Assembly (NCBI GenBank): GCA_050613775.1
Contig: JBODTK010000123.1
Span: 434,001-498,000, forward strand
Origin: Neocallimastix sp. 'constans'
Lineage: Eukaryota
DNA length: 64,000 bases
Direction of reading: 5' to 3'
Part shown: positions 30,317 to 43,770 of the stretch, piece after piece
Layout of the letters: the number at the start of each line of letters is the position of its first letter
Position numbering within the stretch: position 1 is the first letter of the stretch
Translations under genes and position numbers: made by a program
The notes under the pieces: model-generated
The model's database searches: none
What the model was told of the DNA's origin: nothing
What the model saw: the letters and a program-made list of their open reading frames with translations, nothing else

Positions 30317-30598
30317 GGGAGAGTTGTATTTCGCCAGGTTGCATTTCGCCAAGTGGAGTATTGATAGAAATAAATAAATAAATGAATAAATAAATAAATA
30401 TTAATTCAAAAACACTTTTTTTTTTAAAATTGTTTTTATTTGATATTAATAATATTTAATTTTATTTATTGATTGATTTATTTATTTAATAATTTTCAAT
30501 TTGGCGAAATGCCACATTTTTTAATACGCCACATGTTTTCAAAAAAATTGGCGAAACGCAACCTAGCGAAATGCCATTTGGCGAAATGCCCCACACCC
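30317..30598 (+). mobile_element. Non-autonomous MULE-type MITE, copy 1
   Basis: Ends GGGAGAGTTGTATTTCGCC and GGCGAAATGCCCCACACCC with repeated GGCGAAATG subterminal motifs. The interior is the reverse complement of 45694-45977. No matching TSD seen. Confidence 0.85.
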
Positions 30599-30944
30599 CA
30601 TTAACATCATCAATAGAAAATTAAATAATATATTGTTAAAAAATTTAATTTATTAATAAATGAAAAAATAAAGAAGACAAACACTCGAACTTAACAAAAT
30701 TCAATTTATACAAATTGGGTTTATGAAATAATATTTTTATTAATAAATATTAAAATAATATATCTACATTAAACTAATAATAAATATTAATTTATCATTA
30801 TTTTTTATTTATTTTATTTTTTTTTTATTATAATAATAATAAAAAATAAAAAAAATTATGAATAATAATATAATCTTTTTTTTTTTTTTTTTATAGTTAA
30901 AATTTTTAATTATTAAATATAATTTAGGTCAGGTCACCTTTATA

Positions 30945-31002
30945 CCTCGTAGATTTAAACACGCCATATTGTGTAAAGCCACGTTACGAAATGTAACAAC
31001 CC
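30945..31002 (-). mobile_element. Orphan MULE/MITE-like terminal repeat
   Basis: Reverse complement GGGTTGTTACATTTCGTAACGTGGCTTTACACAATATGGCGTG resembles the other TIRs and 62298-62350. Confidence 0.45.
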
Positions 31003-31211
31003 ATATAAATAGAAATAGATTATGAAAATTTTTTTTTTTTTTTTTTTTTTTTTTGATTTTTTGACTTTATATAAAAGACATATCAATTTATTATTTTCAT
31101 TTATTTTTCATTTTTATTAAAGTTAAAGTTAAAAACACCAATAATTAATTAAAATAAATTAAAATAATTTATTAATTTTATATACAATGTATATTTTTAT
31201 TTATTTATTAC

Positions 31212-31245
<34 letters not shown>

Positions 31246-31362
31246 CGTTTTTTTGTACTTAACTTTCGGGTATGTATAAATATTCATCTATTTTTAAACC
31301 AAATGAATTTATTATTATTATTTATTATTATTTATTATTTATTTATTATTTATTATTATTTA

Positions 31363-34300
31363 TTATTTTTGATTTTTGATATCAGTTAATGCTTTCATTA
31401 ATTTATTATTATTTAATTTAGTTTCAAAGAGGAGTGGTGTTTGAATTAGAGTTGGCTTCGTAACATTTTGTCGTTTTTCTTTACTACTACTTTTTCTACT
31501 ACTACTACTACTGTTATTATCGTTATTATTATTATTATTGTGGCTCTTATTATATCTAATTAATAATTTTTTTTCCCATAAAAATTGAATCATCCTTCTA
31601 TGGTTAATAAATGATGTAATAAATTCATCATCCTGTTCAAATAGTTCATAATCAATATAGGCTCCATGATCTAATAATAATTCATACATTTTTTCATTAA
31701 TTTTTTCATTATTTTGTGAATATTTTATCATATAAGTCAACGGAGTATTCCTAAATGTATCATGAATATTCACATCGGCATTATATTCAATGAGTAATTT
31801 GGCTAAGTCATATTGTTCATTGAAAATTAGTATCATCAATGCGGAAAATCCATAGTCTCCACATGTTTCATTTATATCGTAGAGGCCTGAAGATAATAAA
31901 ATTTTAATCATTTCTTCACTTCCTTCAATACAGGCAAACTGTAATTCTGAAAAATTCGCAGTTTCATTATTACTTTTGTATAGTTTTTTTTATCATAATA
32001 GTTAGTATTTATCGTTGTATTTGTATTTATGGTTTGTTGGCTTTCACGTAATTCAGAATTATATTTATTTTTAAAAAGTGCTGATGTCTTACTACTTTTC
32101 TTACTATCAATACGACTATTTTTAGGGCAAGCATTTCTATTATTATCATGGTTACTATTTTCATTATTTTTATTTTTACGTTTATTCCTATCTTCATTAT
32201 GTTTACTTCTTATACCATTCTTGTCCGACTTTATTTTTTCATTTTTATTTTTCTTCTTACTTTCATTATTATTCTCACTTTTATTATTATTATTTCTCTT
32301 ATTTTTTTCCTCATTTATATCATTATTTTTCTTACTTTTCTCACTTATATCATTACTAATATCAGTAATTTTATTAATAGCATTAGTAGTATTATCATCA
32401 TTATTATCATTATTACTCTTTAATTTTTTTCTCTTTTCTTTTTTTTTATTGTTTCTTAATTGATTTTCTTTTTTGTTGAACGATAACATTGTTTGATAAG
32501 TTATATTATTTGCTGAAGTCGTTGGTATTGTTGTTGTTGTTGTTGTTGTTGTTGCTGTTACGGTTGGTGGTGGTGGCGGCGAATAATGATCCATCTTTTT
32601 AAAATTTTTGTTTTGTAATAATAATAAATCCGAAAAAATTTGATGATTTTCATTAATTTCAGCTAACTTAAATGGAGTAATATCCATAGAACGATCTTTA
32701 TCAATAATTTCTTTTTCATTTTGATCCACTGGATACTTCAATACATTTTTGATCCATGTTACATTATTTAATCTTACGGAAAATAGTAAAGGATGAATTA
32801 TACGAGTAGGAGTTGATTGATCTTCATATTGAATTATGATTTTTTTCTCGGTAAAGTATTTTAAGGAATAAGGGATTTTTAACAAGACAATGAAGTAATG
32901 GACGATGATAAAATAATTTGAAATTGATCGAAGTTCCATATTGAAGTAATAATTCATACATTTCTTTATTAGGTGGTTGATGTTTTAACATATAAAGAAA
33001 AGGGGTATTATTATATTTATCTTTAGAATTTATATTTATTTCCATAGATTCCTGTTGATCCATATTTCTGTTGTTCTTATTCATGCCTATATTTCTTTTA
33101 GCATAATTTTTTATTAAAAAATTGGCTAATTTATAATTTTTTAGATAAATTAAAATCATCAAGGGGGTAAATTGATAGATACCAAATTTTCTATTTAAAT
33201 TGATACCACTTTCAGCTAATCTTTTTAATTCATTTTCATTTCCTTTAAGACAAGCAATGCATAATTTTTTGTATTCGGAATCCATTTTATTATCTAAATA
33301 GAGATGATCACCAAAAACAAGATAAGGCGAATAATATTTACGAAATATATTCTTTTTTTTATTTATTCTTGCTTCTTTTTCTTCTTCTTCTTGATTATTA
33401 TTATTATTATTATTATTACTATTATTACTATTATTATTACTATTATTACTATTATTATTATTATTATTATTATTACTATTATTACTATTATTATTAGTAC
33501 TATTATTATTATTACTATTACTATTACTATTATTATTATTATTACTATTACTATTATTATTATTATTGCTATTCTTTTCATCATCATAATCTTCTTTATT
33601 CAAATTAATTTTATTATCTTTATCATTTATTTTATTGTCATAGTTTTCTATTATATTATCATTATCATTATTATTATTTATAATTTTCGGGTTGAGATTG
33701 GTAATGATTTCATCAAAAATAATTTTGTTTGTTTCTTTGGTATGGTTAATATTATTCTCTGAAGATTTATCAATTAAATTAATTATTCTTTTATTTCTTA
33801 CCATAAAAGCTATTTCTAAATAATAAGTTCTATGCTTAAAATTTCTTTTTTGTTTTAAAAGTTTTATTACACTTTTTACAAAGAAATATTGATTTGTAGC
33901 AATTGCAAATGTTAGAATATCAGTTATTAAAACAATATTAAAATTATCACTATTTTTCATCTTCTTCTGATTTTCATTTTGATCATTATTTTTCATCTTC
34001 TTCTGATTTTCATTTTGATCACTTTTATTTTCCTCATAATTTTTCTGATGATTTAATATATCATTTAAAATTTGATTATTTTTATATCTTATTCTAATTC
34101 TTTTATTAAAAAATAGTTTAAAAATGGTAGAATTCTGAACAATTGTTAAAATAAACTTTGTAATTTTAAATAAAGAGAAATCAAGAATAAAATTGTTTTT
34201 TAATAAATACTTATAAACATTTTTAGATTTTGAAAAATATTTTTCTTTCTTATAAACTTTATTGGAAGGAGCATTACCAATTTTATTATAATATATTTCA

Positions 34301-35727
34301 AGCGGTTGTCTTTTGTATGATAATTTAAATTCATTGTTTCTTTTAATACTTAAATTTTTAGTTATTTGTGAACAATATATTGAATCCCATTTACTATCAA
34401 TATTTATATATTTTATATTACTTTTAATACTTAAATTTTCAGTTCTTTGTGAACAATATGTTGAATCCCATTTACTATCAATATTTATATATTTTATATT
34501 ACTTTCTCTTTCTCTTTTAACATTTATATTATTTTTATTATTGTTATTGCTACAAAAAAATAATTTTTTACATTCAAGTTTTATCCACTTTGTTTTTATT
34601 CTTTTCTTTGATTCCTCGAGTTTCCTTTGTCCTATTTTTTCTTTTGAATTGACTTCTTTATTTACTTTTGCTTTTATTTTTTTGACACAATTTTGTTCAT
34701 AAACCGGGTTTTCATGCCTCCTCATTAATTCTGTTAATTGATTCTTTTTTAAATCTATATAACAATTAAACGATTTTACTTGAATTGTTAATATTCTTAT
34801 TAAGTAATCATAAGTTCGCATCTTTGATTCTTTTTTTTATTATTTTGTTCTCCAATGAATTTAATTGATTAATTAATATTTTTAAACGACCTTTAGATAC
34901 TTTTATATTCTTCATGTAAAAATTTATTTCATCTCTTAATTTTTTTATTTGATTATCTAAATTGTTTATTAATTCTATTTGATTATTCATTTTATTTATT
35001 AATGCTTGACCTTTCTTTTTCTTTTTCTCTTTCTTTTTTTTCTGTATCACATTTGCATTCATAATTTTTTTATAGTTTAGTTCTTTTTCCACCTTCTTTC
35101 TTTGATTTTCTAATTTAAATAATTCCTTTTCCTTATATTCAATTTTAACTTCATAAAATTTATTTTGCTTTTCAAATTCTTTTCTTTCAATTTCATAATT
35201 TTCCATTTTCGTTTTTAATATCTCTATTTCCACCTCTTTTATCTTTTTCCTCTTATTTTTTTTTACATTTCTAATTTCATTATCTGCTCTTCATTATTAT
35301 CTCTTTTCTCTATTGTTTCCTTTATTTGTTTTTGAATTAAATTTTGAATATCATAAATAGTAAAATAATTATTCTTTTGTTTTTTGGTTTCTTCCTTTTC
35401 CTCTTTTATTTTCTTTTTTTTTTTTATTTTCTCCTTTTTCTTTTTCTCGTTTTTGTTCTTTTTCTTTTTCTTTTTCTTGTATTTGTTCTTTTGCTTTCTT
35501 TTTAGTTTTAGTTTTTTTCCTTCTCCTCATCTATTGTTTTCTTTTTCTTTTTCCTTTTTTTTTTATTTTTCATTCCTTCATTTTCTCCTTTCTCTTTATT
35601 CTTTATTTTTTTTTTTTTTTTTTTTTTGTTTTTCTTTTTTTTCCTTTTTCTTTTTTTTCTTCTCCTCTTCTTCTATTTTCTTTTCTTTGCTTATCTTTTT
35701 TGCTTCTTTCTCCTCTTTTTCCTCCAT
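31363..35727 (-). pseudogene. Large ankyrin-repeat gene with K/E-rich N-terminus, broken by several frameshifts (pseudogene or homopolymer errors)
   Basis: Overlapping ORFs 34808-35233, 32824-34821, 31908-32957 and 31363-31911 join across single-base shifts in A-runs (~34835, ~32860, ~31987). Ankyrin motifs include LCIACLKGNENELKRL..GINLN..FTPLMIL, NINSKDKYNNTPFLY, LQFACIEGSEEMIKILL and ADVNIHDTFRNTPLTY. Confidence 0.75.
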
Positions 35728-36169
35728 TTTATCAATTACTTCTGATTAGACCTGTTTTACAGTATGTAATGCAAAGGTTAAATGTTACCAATAATGTTAG
35801 ACTATCATAGAAAAATGATTATATATAACATGTAATAATAAATAATATATTCTTAAATGAATATGTCTTTCTTATTGTAAAAAGCAAAAAAATAAATAAA
35901 CAAACACATAATAAATAATTAATTTAAAATTCAACACAAGATTTATTATTATTATTATTATTATTATCATTATTATTGTTAAATATAATAATTTAAGCTT
36001 ACACCTTTAAATTTATACCTATTTAATTATTACAGTGAAAATTATATATATATAACTAATATTCATTTATGGCGCATTATATTTATATATATCACGTGCA
36101 TCAATAATTCTTATACATCATATACATATTTATTTATTTATTTATTAATTTACTAAACATCATCAATAA

Positions 36170-36417
36170 AATTGTTGATTATTTTAGATTTTACCTTGGA
36201 ATTTTTCTTATCAGCCTTTTTAAATATTTCTGTATCAGTTGGGATGTTTTCATTTTGTAAATGCTATTACATCTATTGTTATATATTATTCTAGGTTTCT
36301 AGTTTCCAAAGCTGGCTTTATTCTTCCAAACCATGGATGGAATTTTGAACCATTTAAAAATTGCTCTTTATTAAGTAAGAATTCTTTTATCATGATTTTC
36401 AATTCTGATAAATACAT
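36170..36417 (-). mobile_element. Ty1/copia gag remnant
   Basis: FLNGSKFHPWFGRIKPALETRNLE*YITID matches the copia gag N-terminal LxGxNYxxWxxR motif. It contains stops and is flanked by diverged direct repeats (~36000-36125, ~36540-36730). Confidence 0.55.
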
Positions 36418-36574
36418 ATTTTAGAATAATGATGTTAGATATATATCCATGTACTAATTTCTGCTATATACTCTGACTTTATTATTTATTATATTATATT
36501 AATGAGCTTTGTTATAGAGTTATTAAGACTCTTAATCTATTAACACCCTTAAATTTATGATAAATAAATTTGGC

Positions 36575-36612
<38 letters not shown>

Positions 36613-37194
36613 GTATAAAATATTGTTTATTAATGTAATTACTACAAGTAAACATTACATAAATTTAATTATTCATCATTTGTGGCACATTGAATTTATA
36701 TATCACGTGCATCACTAATTCTTATACATAAATCAGCTAACAATAAGAATAGTTAATATTAAATATAACATTTTTTTCAGTTTTATAATGAATATTAATT
36801 GAAGAAGAAAATATAAAATCATGATTGAATAGAATTAACAATTTGAGGTGAATAATTTTAGTATTTTTAATATTTTTAAATTTATAATATAGGAAAGTAG
36901 TTATTGTAAAGAATTAATAGTTATCTAATTAATATAATCAGGTATTAAAATTAATTAAAAATAATTTATAATTTATTACATTTAAATATTATAATTTACC
37001 ATTGATTTTATTAAATTATAATCTTTTAACTTTGAAAATAGAGTTTTTAAAAAAATTTTTTTTTATAATTGTAACAGACTTGGATTTTGATTTAAAAAAA
37101 AAAAATATGCAGGTAGAAATATTGGTTATTTTATTATTAAAAGTTAAATCAATTGACATTTTAGAAATAATAAAATAAGTATATATAATATTTG

Positions 37195-37233
<39 letters not shown>

Positions 37234-37349
37234 TTTTATTATTATTTTGATCAAAGTTTAATAATAAAATTTCAATAGTATTTATTATTTTTTAATAATA
37301 AGAATATTTAATTTTTTTACAAGTTTTATTATATAAAATTTTAATTTTT

Positions 37350-37700
37350 ATGTTTCAATGTTGGTGAAAAAGTTTCTAGGTAATCTATACCATATATTTG
37401 GCTGAAGCCACGCATAACTAGTCTAGCACTGTATTTGATAATTTTTCCTACATCATACCTCTTCTAACTAAAAACCCATTTTTGTTGAAATAATATTTTT
37501 ATCTTTTGGTATTTTCTTTAACTACTTTATATACATCCATCTCTTTCATATTATTTAATTCATTTTTTTTTAATTACTTCTTACCAATTTATTTCATTTG
37601 GTCTACTAAAGATTTCTTTTTTACATTTCTGGTAATTCTAATTCATCACAATTAAATGAAACAGAATTTAAATTACTACTTGCCTTAAAATTTTTTAATG
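37350..37700 (-). mobile_element. Ty1/copia reverse transcriptase remnant
   Basis: IKYSARLVMRGFSQIYGIDYLETFSPTLK corresponds to the copia RT KARLVARGFxQxxGIDYxETFSP motif; surrounding sequence is frameshifted. Confidence 0.85.
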
Positions 37701-38584
37701 TTTTCATCGAATTCATCTTTAAAAATGATTCCTCTTTGAATTGTTATTATTGTTGTTTTCACTTTTACTTTTGTAATTATTTATATTTATACTTTCTTTA
37801 TTATTAAAATTTTGTTTATTTGAATTTTATTTATTTGAATTTTATTTATTTTCTTCACTCGAATTATTATCTTTTGAATCATTATATTCAATTAAATTTT
37901 TTTTGATCGAAAGACCTTTTATTCTTTAAATTTACATTATTAGAAATATCATTATTAATATTTCTTTGTTCAGTCTTATTTGAATTTTGAGATTTTTGAA
38001 AAGCTCCTGCACAATAAATTTTTATGATAAATTACACTTTAATTGTAAATATATGTCTATTTTAAATATTCTAGTCATTTCTCTAAAATAAAATCATAAT
38101 AATAAAATTATTTCAAATAATAACTTATTACTTTAAAAGTAACTTTCTTTATTAAATAAACTTGTAAATAAATTATCTTTTTTATTTCTTATTGTTTCTT
38201 TTATTATCTAAAATGTAAAATAATTTAATTCTTTTAAAAAATATAAATAGATTTAAATATTTTCTTTATTCAATTTCTTTGTTTATTAAGTTTTATTATT
38301 AATATATAATAATAAATTTTCATAAATATTTAAATTAATATTTATATTTAATATTGATTTAATAATCATATTTAAATTATCATTAAAAATTTAATATAAA
38401 ATTAAATCAGTAATAAATAAATAAAATTTTATATTAAAGTAAATTTGTTATAGTAAAACATTTTTAAAAATTTGTATTCTTTAAACATTTTTCTTTTTAT
38501 TTTGATGCAGACTATTACCATTTCTAACTCTATATTAGATAAAGGTAATAGCAATAGCCCCTTTGTATTTTAACTATGAATTAA

Positions 38585-38656
38585 GTGTTAATAAGTATAG
38601 AGGTAAAATATTTGCTTTCCAAGCAAGTGTCCCGGATACGATTCATGGTTAATGAA
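38585..38656 (+). pseudogene. tRNA-Gly(TCC) pseudogene
   Basis: GTGTTAA TAAGTATAGAGGTAAAATA TTTGC-TTTCCAA-GCAAG TGTC CCGGA-TACGATT-CATGG TTAATGA: intact anticodon arm (TCC) and recognisable acceptor stem, but the T-loop/B-box (TACGA for TTCGA), T-stem and D-loop are damaged. Confidence 0.75.
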
Positions 38657-39685
38657 ATTTAAAAAAAAAAAAATTTTTTTTAATCTAAAAAAGTTTAAAT
38701 TAATAAAAATAAATATATGTATTTATTAGATACAAAAATTTTTTCAATTAATAAATTAAAGTATTAATATTAAAAAAATTTAATAAAAGAAATATAGTTA
38801 TAAAAATAAATAAAAAAAAATAATTATAACAAGAATAATGATTATAAGAATAAAATTAAAATTATTTGTTTTATAAACCGATATACATATATAAGTCTAT
38901 TTAATTTACACATACTTTTCGGGGTAATAAAATTTTTATTGATTTCTTTTGTAATCTTTAGAACCAAAATTTATATCATGCAGTCAATACCTACCAAAAT
39001 TAAAAAAAAAATGGTTTTTATAATGATTATAAATATTTTACAGAGGATTGAATGGTTAATTATTAAATTATATTCAATTATTACTAAAGTTATATTAATA
39101 GTTCATTCAATATATTGTTTTTCATTATTTAATTATATATTATGTTTATATATATTCATTAATTAAAATAGATACTTATTAGTTTATAAATTTTATTATA
39201 TTTTATTCGCTAAAGAATTTTAACCTATTAATTATTAATTTTCATTTATACTATTGATAAATATATATATATAAAATTTTTATTCATTCTTCGAATTTAA
39301 TATTTAAAATTATTATAAAATATTAATATTAATTAATATATATATTTAATTAAAATTTTAAGATAATATATTTAATATTTTTCTATATTAAAATATATAT
39401 GTAATTATATCGTTTCTCATAACATAATGCAAAAAAAAAAAAATGAAATAATACATATATATATTTTAACATGTATTACCCATAAAAATATATTGAAATT
39501 TATGTATGTATTATACATATTTTGCATATTTTACATTAATAAATTTATATATATATTATTTTTTTTATATAAATGTGTGTTTCATTTCATATTTACGGAA
39601 CGTGGCAATTAAAAATAATTTGTAATTTAACGCACCACATTTTTAATTTTTTTTTTAAATAATTGTAAATAAATAAATAAATAAG

Positions 39686-39748
<63 letters not shown>

Positions 39749-39763
39749 ATTAAAATAAATAAA

Positions 39764-39794
<31 letters not shown>

Positions 39795-40214
39795 AAAACT
39801 AGAAATAAATATTAAATGATTTGTTAATTATTATTAATATCAAAAAAAATTTTTCTCACTTCATTTATTATAACATTAAAAAAAAAAATGAATCAATTAA
39901 ATAAACGAACAATAAATAAAATTAATAATAAAAAATTAAATAAATTGATAATATTATAAAAAATTGGGAGAGGTCCAAAACGCCAATTTTTTCACGTGAT
40001 ATATCAAATTTTGAGGCTTTTTAAATTAATAGTTATATGATACTATTTTGTTGTATTATTAATTTGTAATTTTTTTCTTAAAATTTATTAAGTGAATAAT
40101 TAAATAAATTATAATGGTTAGATAAAAATAAATATTTTTTTACAAAAAAAAAAATTAAAATAAAATATTCAAACAATTAAAAGGTTTAATATTCAAACAA
40201 TTAAAAGGTTTATT

Positions 40215-42000
40215 TTAAAAAAAAATATATTAATAAAATACTTTAACAATTATATAGATTTATTTATTTAAAAAATATTAATAAAATATTTAAACAACTA
40301 TTAATAAAATACTTTAGCAATTATATAGATTTATTTATTTAAAAAAAATATTAATAAAATATTTTAGCAATTATATAGATTTATTTATTTAAAAAAATAT
40401 TAATAAAATACTTTAACAATTATAAAGATTTATTTATTTAAAAAAAATATTAATAAAATACTTTAACAATTATATAGATTTATTTATTTAAAAAATATTA
40501 ATAAAATATTTAAACAACTATTAATAAAATATTTTAGCAATTATATAGATTTATTTATTTAAAAAATATTAATAAAATATTTAAACAACTATTAATAAAA
40601 AATTTTAGCAATTATATAGATTTATTTATTTAAAAAAAATATTAATAAAATACTTTAACAATTATATAGATTTATTTATTTAAAAAAAATATTAATAAAA
40701 TACTTTAACAATTATATAGATTTATTTATTTAAAAAATATTAATAAAATATTTAAACAACTATTAATAAAATATTTTAGCAATTATATAGATTTATTTAT
40801 TTAAAAAATATTAATAAAATATTTAAACAACTATTAATAAAAAATTTTAGCAATTATATAGATTTATTTATTTAAAAAAAATATTAATAAAATACTTTAA
40901 CAATTATATAGATTTATTTATTTAAAAAATATTAATAAAATATTTAAACAACTATTAATAAAAAATTTTAGCAATTATATAGATTTATTTATTTAAAAAA
41001 AATATTAATAAAATACTTTAACAATTATATAGATTTATTTATTTAAAAAAAAATATTAATAAAATACTTTAACAATTATATAGATTTATTTATTTAAAAA
41101 AAAATATTAATAAAATACTTTAACAATTATATAGATTTATTTATTTAAAAAATATTAATAAAATATTTAAACAACTATTAATAAAATACTTTAGCAATTA
41201 TATAGATTTATTTATTTAAAAAAAATATTAATAAAATACTTTAGCAATTATATAGATTTATTTATTTAAAAAAAATATTAATAAAATACTTTAGCAATTA
41301 TATAGATTTATTTATTTAAAAAAATATTAATAAAATACTTTAACAATTATATAGATTTATTTATTTAAAAAAAATATTAATAAAATACTTTAACAATTAT
41401 ATAGATTTATTTATTTAAAAAATATTAATAAAATATTTAAACAACTATTAATAAAATACTTTAGCAATTATATAGATTTATTTATTTAAAAAAAATATTA
41501 ATAAAATACTTTAGCAATTATATAGATTTATTTATTTAAAAAAAAATATTAATAAAATACTTTAACAATTATATAGATTTATTTATTTAAAAAAAAATAT
41601 TAATAAAATACTTTAACAATTATATAGATTTATTTATTTAAAAAAAAATATTAATAAAATACTTTAACAATTATATAGATTTATTTATTTAAAAAAAATA
41701 TTAATAAAATACTTTAACAATTATATAAATTTATTTATTTAAAAAAAAAAAATTAATAAAATATTTTAACAATTATATAGATTTATTTATTTAAAAAAAA
41801 AATATTAATAAAATACTTTAACAATTATATAGATTTATTTATTTAAAAAATATTAATAAAATATTTAAACAACTATTAATAAAATACTTTAACAATTATA
41901 TAGATTTATTATTTAAAAAAAATATTAATAAAATACTTTAACAATTATATAGATTTATTTATTTAAAAAAAAAAATTAATAAAATATTTAAACAATTATT
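40215..42000. repeat. Minisatellite inside the MULE (~48-bp and ~70-bp unit variants, roughly 30 copies)
   Basis: Core AAAAAAAATATTAATAAAATACTTTAACAATTATATAGATTTATTTATTT; the long variant adds ATTTAAACAACTATTAATAAAA. Confidence 0.95.
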
Positions 42001-42348
42001 AATAAAATTAATTATAAACATTAATAATAAAATATAAAAATATAAAAATATAAAAATATATTATTGATATTAATAATAAAGTATAAAAATATAGGATTAT
42101 TTATTTTAAAAAAAATATTAATAAAATATTTAAACAATTATTAATAAAATAAATTATAATAATAAAATTATAGAATATTTATTTAAACTACATAAATTTT
42201 ATCAAGTATATAAACATTTTAACTTTTTAATAATTATAAAATTTTAATTAATAAATTTAATTATAAGTTTTTGTATGAAAGAATTTTAATGATTTTTTCT
42301 TTTGGAAATTCCTCTGTCATTTCATAATTATTTATTATTAAATAATAT

Positions 42349-43770
42349 TTATAAAATATTATTTAAATTAGTTAAACATTCAAACCACAATTTAGAAAGA
42401 TCACTTCTATCATATTTTATATTAATTAACTTGGCTTCTTTATTTTTGTATTTTTCAATTAAGATATTAATTTCATCAGTTTTTGTTTTTATTTTTTTTT
42501 TCATTCTCCAAATTCCTTTTATTTTCATTTGGTAATCATAATATGATAAATGTTCGTGTTCTTTTAATTTATTTATTAATTCATAAAAATTTGGTTTCAT
42601 TGGAAATAGTTTATTTAAAGAATTATTGAGTGATTCTGAAGCCTTATTGGTTATATGTTTAATATTATTATAATAATTCCAACTTTTCATATCGTAACCA
42701 ATTAAATATGTTTCATAAAAATATTCTAAAAATTTTAAAAATTGACAAGAATTTTTTTCAATGGATTTAGTTTTAATTAATGAAAAAATATCCATTATGT
42801 ATTCAGGGTTGATAAATGGTAAGTTTGAAATTCCTTTGTAATAATTAAATATTTTTTCATCATCGTTCACTTCATTACGGCACAATTCATTTTTTTTAAT
42901 TTCTAATAAATTTTTATAATGCCAAATACAGTATTTAATATTTATATTAGGAAATATTTTTTTAACTGCTTTGGATATGCCTTTTTCAAAATCGCAATGT
43001 ACATTTTTTGGTTCAGTTATAATATTATTATTAGCATTTTGTTTTAATTTATTGAATAACATTTTATATGTTTTTTGCTTTTTATTTCTTAATATTGCAT
43101 AAGAAGTAGTATAAAAACTATTCAATTCTTTAACGTAAGTTCTAGTAATAAACACTTGTTGACTAAATTTAGGTGCGATATAAAAAGTACCATCCACAAA
43201 TATATCATTATTATATTTCTTAAATAATTTTGCTTGAAAAGGGGATTGAAAAATTACTAAATCAGAATTTTTGAATATCATAAAATCTTCATTTCGTTCA
43301 GTTTTATAATATTCAGATTCATTAGGAATTTCATTAAAAGTTGTTACATTGGATGGTAGTTTTTTATTAATACTTCTTAATATTAGAGTTTTAACTGAAA
43401 TATATTCTGGACACGGATATATAAATCCCATTTCTTTAGAAATTTCATTATATAGTCTTTTTCGTTTTATATCAAAAGGATTTGAATGTTTTTTAATTTC
43501 ATCTTTAATTTTATGTTTCATTACAGATAGGGATACACTATATTCGTTTCCAGGATGATTATGTAAACTCTCATATTTTAAGATTTCTTTCTCATTATTT
43601 AAAATAATAAAAGATTTACATTTATTATTTTTTTTATATTCGGTACATTTATAAACTCTTGAATTATCTTTCCTTGAATGTGAAAAATTAAATTTATATT
43701 GTTTATTAATAATGATTTGTTCTTCTCCTTTATTAGACTCACTTATATAAATAGTTATGTTTTCTTCCAT
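42349..43770 (-). CDS. MULE DDE transposase, 473 aa
   Basis: Intronless ORF with N-terminal FLYWCH/WRKY-like zinc finger (YKCTEY..CKS..HNH) and catalytic motifs FVDGTF, VHCDFE, CIWH and TNKASES. Confidence 0.92.
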   Translation of the reverse strand: MEENITIYISESNKGEEQIIINKQYKFNFSHSRKDNSRVYKCTEYKKNNKCKSFIILNNEKEILKYESLHNHPGNEYSVSLSVMKHKIKDEIKKHSNPFDIKRKRLYNEISKEMGFIYPCPEYISVKTLILRSINKKLPSNVTTFNEIPNESEYYKTERNEDFMIFKNSDLVIFQSPFQAKLFKKYNNDIFVDGTFYIAPKFSQQVFITRTYVKELNSFYTTSYAILRNKKQKTYKMLFNKLKQNANNNIITEPKNVHCDFEKGISKAVKKIFPNINIKYCIWHYKNLLEIKKNELCRNEVNDDEKIFNYYKGISNLPFINPEYIMDIFSLIKTKSIEKNSCQFLKFLEYFYETYLIGYDMKSWNYYNNIKHITNKASESLNNSLNKLFPMKPNFYELINKLKEHEHLSYYDYQMKIKGIWRMKKKIKTKTDEINILIEKYKNKEAKLINIKYDRSDLSKLWFECLTNLNNIL

